13,823 nt of DNA from IMG/VR virus record IMGVR_UViG_2579778797_000009. One strand, written 5' to 3'. The notes under the pieces were generated by a model, which saw only the letters and a list, made by a program, of their open reading frames with translations, was not told the origin of the DNA and made no database searches. The translations under genes were made by a program, and so were the position numbers. This stretch comes from a virus (lineage: Duplodnaviria; Heunggongvirae; Uroviricota; Caudoviricetes). Positions 1-6,389 of the stretch are shown one piece after another (the stretch's first letter is position 1; every line of letters starts with the position of its first letter).

Positions 1-2
1 GG

Positions 3-353
3 GCTAAATCGCGCCAGCGCTGGCTGTTTTACGCGTATGACAGGCTCCGGAAGACGGTTGTTGCGCACGTATTCGGTGAACGCACGATGGCGACGCTGGG
101 GCGTCTTATGAGCCTGCTGTCACCCTTTGACGTGGTGATATGGATGACGGATGGCTGGCCGCTGTATGAATCCCGCCTGAAGGGAAAGCTGCACGTAATC
201 AGCAAGCGATATACGCAGCGAATTGAGCGGCATAACCTGAATCTGAGGCAGCACCTGGCACGGCTGGGACGGAAGTCGCTGTCGTTCTCAAAATCGGTGG
301 AGCTGCATGACAAAGTCATCGGGCATTATCTGAACATAAAACACTATCAATAA
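3..353 (+). CDS. insB: IS1 transposase InsB, C-terminal part (5'-truncated by the window edge)
   Basis: Open frame from the window start to TAA at 351-353. Translation ...[116 protein letters not shown] matches the recalled InsB C-terminus. The ORF-track start at 87 is an internal Met. Confidence 0.92.
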   Translation, partial: AKSRQRWLFYAYDRLRKTVVAHVFGERTMATLGRLMSLLSPFDVVIWMTDGWPLYESRLKGKLHVISKRYTQRIERHNLNLRQHLARLGRKSLSFSKSVELHDKVIGHYLNIKHYQ

Positions 354-368
354 GTTGGAGTCATTACC
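346..368. repeat. IS1 right terminal inverted repeat
   Basis: atcaataagttggagtcattacc is the reverse complement of the IS1 end GGTAATGACTCCAACTTATTGAT. Confidence 0.85.
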
Positions 369-390
369 GATAAGGATTATCCAATTCTAA

Positions 391-500
391 AAAAAAAAGC
401 CCGGACGACTGTTCGGGCTTGTCTTTTTATATGTTGGAAAATCAGTGGCAATGCAATGGCCCAACAGAAAATAAAATCTGTGACAATAAAGGCATATAAC
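391..500 (-). ncRNA. micC: MicC small regulatory RNA (Hfq-dependent repressor of ompC), including its intrinsic terminator
   Basis: Reverse complement of 391-500 reads GTTATATGCCTTTATTGTCACAGATTTTATTTTCTGTTGGGCCATTGCATTGCCACTGATTTTCCAACATATAAAAAGACAAGCCCGAACAGTCGTCCGGGCTTTTTTTT, matching the recalled MicC sequence. The terminator hairpin is aagcccg/cgggctt (7 bp) followed by a U-run. Position divergent from ompN matches the known micC-ompN arrangement. Confidence 0.85.
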
Positions 501-727
501 CCGCGCAGAATAACGTATAGCAAATTAAAAGTATAATTTTTATTTTGTATGTATTATCTTCGATACATTCACCAGACTTATTATCATTTCAGAGGAATTA
601 TTTGATTAAGGTTTTACTTAAGGCGTAACAAATGATATTTATCGGCTAACTGAACTTCTCCTTTAGGATGTTTTCACTCCCCGAAATGGGGATAAAAGGC
701 AAATAAAATAACTAAAGGATTTATTCA

Positions 728-1861
728 ATGAAAAGCAAAGTACTGGCACTTTTAATTCCTGCCCTGCTCGCCGCAGGTGCTGCACATGCAGCCGAAGTTT
801 ATAATAAAGACGGCAACAAATTAGATCTGTATGGCAAAGTTGATGGCCTGCATTATTTTTCTGATAATTCAGCGAAAGATGGCGACCAGAGCTATGCGCG
901 TCTGGGTTTTAAAGGCGAAACCCAAATTAACGATCAACTCACTGGCTACGGTCAATGGGAATACAATATTCAGGCAAACAACACTGAATCTTCAAAAAAC
1001 CAGTCATGGACCCGTCTGGCATTTGCCGGGCTGAAATTTGCAGATTACGGTTCTTTCGATTACGGACGTAATTATGGCGTAATGTACGACATCGAAGGCT
1101 GGACCGATATGCTGCCTGAATTTGGCGGTGACTCTTATACCAATGCAGACAACTTTATGACTGGTCGAGCCAATGGCGTCGCGACTTATCGTAATACTGA
1201 TTTCTTCGGTCTGGTAAATGGTCTGAACTTCGCGGTGCAGTATCAAGGTAACAACGAAGGAGCCAGTAATGGTCAGGAAGGCACCAACAACGGACGTGAT
1301 GTTCGCCATGAAAACGGTGACGGCTGGGGTCTTTCCACAACATATGATTTAGGCATGGGCTTTAGCGCTGGTGCGGCATACACCTCTTCTGACCGCACCA
1401 ATGACCAGGTTAACCATACTGCGGCGGGTGGTGATAAAGCAGACGCGTGGACTGCTGGGCTAAAATACGATGCTAACAATATTTACCTGGCAACCATGTA
1501 TTCAGAAACGCGTAATATGACCCCGTTTGGCGACAGCGATTATGCTGTGGCAAACAAAACCCAGAATTTTGAAGTCACTGCACAGTACCAGTTTGATTTT
1601 GGTCTGCGTCCGGCAGTCTCTTTCCTGATGTCTAAAGGCCGTGACCTGCACGCTGCGGGTGGTGCAGACAACCCGGCAGGTGTTGATGATAAAGATCTGG
1701 TTAAATACGCCGATGTTGGCGCGACTTACTATTTCAATAAAAACATGTCCACCTACGTTGACTATAAAATCAACCTGTTGGATGAAGATGACAGCTTCTA
1801 CGCTGCCAATGGCATCTCTACCGATGATATTGTCGCTTTAGGTCTGGTTTATCAGTTCTAA
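728..1861 (+). CDS. ompN: Outer membrane general porin OmpN (OmpC/OmpF/PhoE family), 377 aa
   Basis: ATG at 728 with an AGGA-type Shine-Dalgarno upstream; signal peptide [21 protein letters not shown]; porin hallmarks (C-terminal ...GLVYQF, aromatic girdle). Identity as ompN rather than ompC/ompF rests on the flanking micC and uspF. Confidence 0.9.
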   Translation: MKSKVLALLIPALLAAGAAHAAEVYNKDGNKLDLYGKVDGLHYFSDNSAKDGDQSYARLGFKGETQINDQLTGYGQWEYNIQANNTESSKNQSWTRLAFAGLKFADYGSFDYGRNYGVMYDIEGWTDMLPEFGGDSYTNADNFMTGRANGVATYRNTDFFGLVNGLNFAVQYQGNNEGASNGQEGTNNGRDVRHENGDGWGLSTTYDLGMGFSAGAAYTSSDRTNDQVNHTAAGGDKADAWTAGLKYDANNIYLATMYSETRNMTPFGDSDYAVANKTQNFEVTAQYQFDFGLRPAVSFLMSKGRDLHAAGGADNPAGVDDKDLVKYADVGATYYFNKNMSTYVDYKINLLDEDDSFYAANGISTDDIVALGLVYQF

Positions 1862-1870
1862 ATCCTCCTG

Positions 1871-1898
1871 CCCGCTGTTATGGCGGGGTTTTTTTTCT
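1871..1898 (+). terminator. Intrinsic terminator after ompN
   Basis: Stem cccgc (1871-1875) / gcggg (1883-1887) with a 7-nt loop, followed by a T-run at 1889-1898. Confidence 0.6.
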
Positions 1899-1920
1899 TT
1901 TTTTTTCTCCTTTTTTCTAA

Positions 1921-2436
<516 letters not shown>

Positions 2437-2443
2437 CACTAAC

Positions 2444-2468
2444 GCCCGCACATTGCTGCGGGCTTTTT
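2444..2468 (+). terminator. Intrinsic terminator after uspF
   Basis: Stem gcccgca (2444-2450) / tgcgggc (2457-2463), 6-nt loop, then ttttt at 2464-2468. Confidence 0.7.
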
Positions 2469-2611
2469 GATTCATTTCGCAAATGTGCTGACATTTTCCC
2501 CTCTAATCCGTACCATACACGCCACAGTTTTTTATATCAGATTTCTTATGCTGGGCGTTCCGGCATGACGCATACTCTTCTGATGCCATATAACGAATTG
2601 AGTCGCTTTTA

Positions 2612-2665
2612 ATGTCGCAAAATCAAGAAATTAGTAAGAAAGAACAATACAACCTGAACAAGTAA
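2612..2665 (+). pseudogene. ttcC: 5' fragment of ttcA (tRNA 2-thiocytidine synthetase) left at the prophage attachment junction (ttcC-like remnant)
   Basis: ATG at 2612 encodes MSQNQEISKKEQYNLNK then TAA. KKEQYNLNK matches the recalled N-terminus of TtcA, and sequence after 2665 has no ttcA character. Rac-type prophages are known to integrate at ttcA and leave a short duplicate fragment next to uspF. Confidence 0.5.
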
Positions 2666-2765
2666 GGGCAAAAATCACAACCATCTGACACATAAAGATT
2701 TTATTTATTTTTCAAAACGTTAAACAATATCAGCGACTACAATAACCTACGATAACCCACTCTTT

Positions 2766-2813
2766 TTTTGCCCCATTTTTGCCCCTTTTGCAGCGTTTTG
2801 CCCCATTTTTGCC
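2766..2813. repeat. Phased direct repeats of a T-tract + GCCCC motif at the prophage end
   Basis: GCCCC(A) starts at 2770, 2781 and 2800, with a degenerate gccac at 2811, each preceded by TTTT(T/G). Spacing of 11, 19 and 11 bp is roughly helical. Function unknown. Confidence 0.4.
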
Positions 2814-2938
2814 ACCACAAAAAATCCTAAACCACACAAATCTAAAACCTACAAATTGCCCCCTTGGATACTTTTCAATAGAATCTGTTCCGGCTGGAAA
2901 TCATTCAATACTCGCACTATCGAAAGTTATCCAGCCAA

Positions 2939-2983
2939 CCGCAGCACGTCCTGCATACGTCGTGTCTGCGGTTTTTCTTTTTC
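2939..2983 (+). terminator. Orphan plus-strand intrinsic terminator inside the prophage end
   Basis: Stem ccgcag-cacg (2939-2948) / cgtg-t-ctgcgg (2961-2971) with a 12-nt loop, followed by tttttctttttc at 2972-2983. The T-run is on the plus strand only, so it terminates rightward transcription, antisense to the tail-fibre genes. Confidence 0.5.
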
Positions 2984-2985
2984 GC

Positions 2986-3168
2986 TTACATTGTGTCTGG
3001 TTCTTCCGGCCACTCAATATCAGGTGCAGTTGATGTATCAACACGGTTCAACAACACCCGATACTTTTTCCATGCGGCCAGTAACGCTTTCTCTTCCTCC
3101 GTTGCGATTTCCAGCTCAACAACAGTCTGAACGTACCGGGAACAGCCTCCTTCAGAGCTTGAAGGATA
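2986..3168 (-). pseudogene. tfa: Remnant of the tail fibre assembly gene tfa (C-terminal about 45 codons recognisable)
   Basis: The 60 sense codons directly after the stf stop, in the same frame, translate [60 protein letters not shown]. The ...[23 protein letters not shown]... block matches the recalled conserved C-terminus of lambdoid Tfa (e.g. TfaR). No start codon or N-terminal part is present. Confidence 0.6.
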
Positions 3169-5658
3169 TCAATGTTCGCTTCCTGTTAACTGCCGGACAA
3201 GTGCAACCAGTTCGCTTACCTGATTTTCCAGAGTGCTGATCCGGGTGTCTGCTGTTGCCAGATTTTCACGTAGCGTTGTGTTTTCCTCTTCCAGCGCGGT
3301 AACGCGATCATCTGTTTCACGGGCGACCTGAACAAGTAAACCCGTCACGGCGGCGTAGTCAACATTAAGATAGCGCGTTTCTTCGCGTAGCTCGTTGCCG
3401 TCAACGGTCGGACCTTGTAACGCTTCACCGTAATGAGTAAACGATCCCACAGCTTCCGGTAGCGCCTCCATTACCTCCTGAGCGATAACGCCAGCGTAAG
3501 GTAGTCCGTTTTCCTTAAGGGTATAAGTGTACCCGTTCATTTTGCGGATGGCTTCAGTTGCATCACCTATAACCTGAATGTTGTCCTTCAGATCACGATC
3601 AGATGATTGGTTTATCGTTTCGCATGTAATGTGACCAGACGCTTTAAGATTTTTTACATCAAGTCTGTCGTTTGCAAAATTATATGAAATTGCGGTGCTG
3701 GTGCTTCCGGCATCATCATAATCGCTTTTATGAATAAACCAGTTTCCACCATTAGCAATGAGAGTATAAGTAGGCGTGTTAGCCGGGCGATCTGTTTCAT
3801 TAAATCTTATTGCTGGGTTAGCGCTCCTTATTTGTAAAGGTTTTTCAACCGTGGATTTCAGTATCGCACTATCTACAATTAAATTACCTTCTGAGTTAAT
3901 GTTTAGATATTTTGAAGCACCAGTTGAACCATCGTATGTAAACCTTATTGTTAATTGACCTGGCTCATTTGATAAAGTCTCAACATACATATCAGCACCA
4001 AGACGCACAGTGCTGTCAGTTGCTAACAGTCTTGTATGGAGAATACCACTAGATGTGTATGTATTGGTCGAATCACTATATCTATCAAGAAATAGACTGT
4101 TAAGTTGAGGGCTATTGCTCCTGCCTAATCCAAGATTCGTTCTGGCACCATCAATAGTTGCCGCACCAGTACCTCCGGCCGCGATCGAAAGCGGAATCCA
4201 TTCGCTATTCTCTGCATCGTAATAACCCCATGTTCCTGAATCGTAGATACTAAAAAATTTGCTTGCATTTTGACAATATACGCGTGTATTACCTGTTAGT
4301 TGAGTAAGCCTGTCCACTTCATCTTTTCTTGCGTGACGCGTCCACTGCGGGCCTATTGTCGGATTCCAGCGATAAGTATAAAGCGAGCGCGTAGCCCATC
4401 CCTGAAATACACCTGTATACGCTGGTGTTCCATCTACCTGACTAATAAACCCCGTAAGACTGCTTTCACCGGATGCAATCGATGGAAAGCCTTTTGCATT
4501 ACTCATAATGCGCATAAATCCGATATACCCTGATGGGTTGCCGGAAATATCAGGACAATCACGCGGGGCTGAGCCAAGACCGATATTATCGCCAACAATT
4601 ACTTGCGCCTGGTTGCGATAATTAAGTGCGTCCGCTGCAGATTTCGCCGCGTTTGTTTCACTGGATTTAGCATTAGTTTCGCTGGCTTTAGCGTTTGTTT
4701 CGCTGCTCTTTGCTGCTGCCTCGCTATTTTTCGCGTTGGTTTCTGATTTTTTGGCTGCTGTCGCGGAGTTTGCCGATGCAGTTTGTGAGGCCGCTGCCGC
4801 CTGTGCGCTGTTATCCGCATTCGTCTCAGACGTTTTTGCGGCCTTCGCGGAATTTCCTGCCGCCGTTGCCGAGGAAGCTGCACTACTGGCACTTGATGAT
4901 GCGTTCGTTTCTGATGATTTCGCTGCCTCTTTTGAGGCCGCCGCATCCCGGGCTGAGGTGGCAGCTTCTGACGCTTTCGTGGTCGCGGTGGATGCAGAAG
5001 TGGCTGCAGATTTTTGTGACGCTGCAGCATTCGTTTCTGACGTTTTCGCCGCACCGGCACTGGTAGCCGCCGCGCTTTTTGAGGACTCTGCAGCGGCAGC
5101 ACTTTTTGATGCTTCAGTAGCCTTTGTTGATGCCGTTCCTGCGCTGGAAGACGCTGACTGAGCCGACGTCGCGGCCTGCCCGGCTGATGTGCTGGCTGCA
5201 CGTGCTGAGCCTGCAGCATCAGTCGCATGGGTTGCCGCCTCACGGGCTGATGTGCCGGCATCGCTGGCTGACTTCTTCGCGGCTGCCGTGTTCTGTTCCA
5301 CTGCGGACGCGTTACGCGCCACCTCTTCCACCATCAGTTCAAAGCGGCGCAGTGCCTCCGGACGGGCATCATCCTCCGTCATGGCACCGAGAAAATCATT
5401 CAGTGTGCCCGGCTTTGAGTCCTCATATACGGTGATAATCCCGGCGTGTGACGGCGGGAATCCCTCCACCAACAGACTGACGCTGTACTGACCATACTCG
5501 ACGTCCATTGTGTAACGCCCGGCTTCATCCGGGTTTTCTGAGGCCACTGTGTTCACCACCACCGTGGTGCTGTTGCGCCTGGCCTTTAGCTGAATGGTGC
5601 AGTTTTGTATCGGCTTACCTGCGCCATCTTTCAGTACACCTGAAATCCGTACTGCCAT
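3169..5658 (-). CDS. stf: Side tail fibre protein, mosaic: lambda Stf-like N-terminus, Ala/Ser/Thr-rich repeat shaft, distinct distal domain, C-terminal intramolecular chaperone (peptidase S74-like) domain; 829 aa
   Basis: ATG at 5658 with a GGGGGGA Shine-Dalgarno. N-terminus MAVRISGVLKDGAGKPIQNCTIQLKARRNSTTVVVNTV... resembles recalled lambda Stf; repeated K(S/T)SETNA motifs across about residues 105-330; C-terminal 144 aa begin SDRDLKDNIQVIGDATEAIRKMNGYTYTLKENG..., the signature of self-cleaving fibre chaperone domains. Stop TGA at 3169-3171. Confidence 0.85.
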   Translation of the reverse strand: MAVRISGVLKDGAGKPIQNCTIQLKARRNSTTVVVNTVASENPDEAGRYTMDVEYGQYSVSLLVEGFPPSHAGIITVYEDSKPGTLNDFLGAMTEDDARPEALRRFELMVEEVARNASAVEQNTAAAKKSASDAGTSAREAATHATDAAGSARAASTSAGQAATSAQSASSSAGTASTKATEASKSAAAAESSKSAAATSAGAAKTSETNAAASQKSAATSASTATTKASEAATSARDAAASKEAAKSSETNASSSASSAASSATAAGNSAKAAKTSETNADNSAQAAAASQTASANSATAAKKSETNAKNSEAAAKSSETNAKASETNAKSSETNAAKSAADALNYRNQAQVIVGDNIGLGSAPRDCPDISGNPSGYIGFMRIMSNAKGFPSIASGESSLTGFISQVDGTPAYTGVFQGWATRSLYTYRWNPTIGPQWTRHARKDEVDRLTQLTGNTRVYCQNASKFFSIYDSGTWGYYDAENSEWIPLSIAAGGTGAATIDGARTNLGLGRSNSPQLNSLFLDRYSDSTNTYTSSGILHTRLLATDSTVRLGADMYVETLSNEPGQLTIRFTYDGSTGASKYLNINSEGNLIVDSAILKSTVEKPLQIRSANPAIRFNETDRPANTPTYTLIANGGNWFIHKSDYDDAGSTSTAISYNFANDRLDVKNLKASGHITCETINQSSDRDLKDNIQVIGDATEAIRKMNGYTYTLKENGLPYAGVIAQEVMEALPEAVGSFTHYGEALQGPTVDGNELREETRYLNVDYAAVTGLLVQVARETDDRVTALEEENTTLRENLATADTRISTLENQVSELVALVRQLTGSEH

Positions 5659-5669
5659 ATTCCCCCCAC

Positions 5670-5695
5670 AAAAAAGCCCGCCTGAACCGGCGGGC
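5670..5695 (-). terminator. Intrinsic terminator between lom and stf (minus strand)
   Basis: Stem gcccgcc (5676-5682) / ggcgggc (5689-5695), 6-nt loop, with an A-run at 5670-5675 on the plus strand (a U-run after the hairpin on the minus-strand transcript). Confidence 0.7.
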
Positions 5696-5722
5696 TGTCA
5701 TAACACTGTGTTACCTGGCTAA

Positions 5723-6322
5723 TCAGAATTTATAACCGACACCAACGATGAAACTGTTGGTACGCCAGTCACCGCTGCCGGAGCCTTCATAAGCGACGTC
5801 AACGGCCACGGATTCGGTCGGGTTAAACTGCACGCCAGCTCCCCACGCCAGAGACGTGTTGCTGTGGCGACCGTCATCACTTCCGGTCAGCACATCGTGC
5901 GTTTTCCCCTTGTTGTCAGTTACGCGGATATAATCCCCGGAGAAAGTCGACACACGGCTGTAAGCCATACCCGCCATCGCATACGCGCTGAACCATTCAT
6001 TCACGCGCACAGACGGCCCCGCCATCACGCTGAACCAGCGATTACGCACGGAATCCTCATGCCAGCGGGTATCGCTGTAATGCGTTTTTTGCTCATCTTC
6101 AGCGTTGGCATAACTGAATGACGTAATCAGCCCCAGCGTGTCCGTAAACTCATAACGGTATTTCACGTTAATCCCGTTCAGATTATCGCTGCCGGGAGCG
6201 TTCGTACGGGCATGAAGATACCCTGCGCTCAGTGTGGCCTGCTGCTCAGACGCCCATGCAGGCGCACCGGATACGGCCAGACAGATGGCTGCGGACAAAA
6301 TGGCTGCACAAACTTTACGCAT
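5723..6322 (-). CDS. lom: Lom outer membrane beta-barrel protein (Ail/Lom/PagC family), prophage moron; 199 aa
   Basis: ATG at 6322 with a GAGG Shine-Dalgarno. Signal peptide MRKVCAAILSAAICLAVSGAPAWA; motifs INVKYRYE and the C-terminal VAYEGSGSGDWRTNSFIVGVGYKF match recalled lambda Lom. Position between J and stf as in lambda. Confidence 0.9.
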   Translation of the reverse strand: MRKVCAAILSAAICLAVSGAPAWASEQQATLSAGYLHARTNAPGSDNLNGINVKYRYEFTDTLGLITSFSYANAEDEQKTHYSDTRWHEDSVRNRWFSVMAGPSVRVNEWFSAYAMAGMAYSRVSTFSGDYIRVTDNKGKTHDVLTGSDDGRHSNTSLAWGAGVQFNPTESVAVDVAYEGSGSGDWRTNSFIVGVGYKF

Positions 6323-6346
6323 AATTACCTCTCGCTTTTCTGCAAT

Positions 6347-6370
6347 AAAAAAGGCGCCATTTCTGGCGCC
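6347..6370 (-). terminator. Intrinsic terminator between J and lom (minus strand)
   Basis: Palindromic stem ggcgcc (6353-6358) / ggcgcc (6365-6370) with loop atttct, and an A-run at 6347-6352 on the plus strand (a U-run on the minus-strand transcript). Confidence 0.65.
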
Positions 6371-6389
6371 CGTATATGGGTTATAAAAT

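Larger units (their letters stand above)
1..368 (+). mobile_element. IS1 insertion sequence, 3' portion only (element continues upstream of the window)
   Basis: Sequence reads through the recalled insB C-terminal coding region and ends at 361-368 with tcattacc, the reverse complement of the IS1 terminal GGTAATGA. The other end lies outside the window, so target-site duplication cannot be checked. Confidence 0.93.

Noticed and set aside
831-1841. Short ORFs nested in ompN (831-1034 +, 1004-1309 -, 1155-1343 -, 1273-1479 -, 1641-1841 +)
   Set aside because: They are embedded in or antisense to a well-supported porin gene and lack translation signals.
2766-2813. Possible CRISPR array
   Set aside because: The repeat units are about 9 bp with 2-10 bp between them, far too short and irregular for CRISPR repeat-spacer architecture, and there are no cas genes nearby.
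2466-3168. Hidden defence, toxin-antitoxin or invertase gene in the space between uspF and the tail fibre
   Set aside because: No ORF with a plausible start, RBS and non-degenerate composition exists here. The region is explained by the ttcA fragment, att-proximal repeats, an orphan terminator and the tfa remnant.
2779-3239. Plus-strand ORFs of 84 and 127 aa (2779-3033, 2856-3239)
   Set aside because: They start at non-ATG codons, run antisense to the tfa remnant and stf 3' end, and are interrupted functionally by the plus-strand terminator at 2939-2983. Translations are low-complexity with no recognisable domain.
4599-5261. 220-aa minus-strand ORF and several 100-140 aa plus-strand ORFs (4695-5066, 4736-5161, 5124-5435, 5189-5491)
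   Set aside because: All fall inside the Ala/Ser/Thr-rich repeat region of stf in alternative frames. Their low-complexity Arg/Pro/Gln- or Ala-rich translations are frame artefacts of the repeat.
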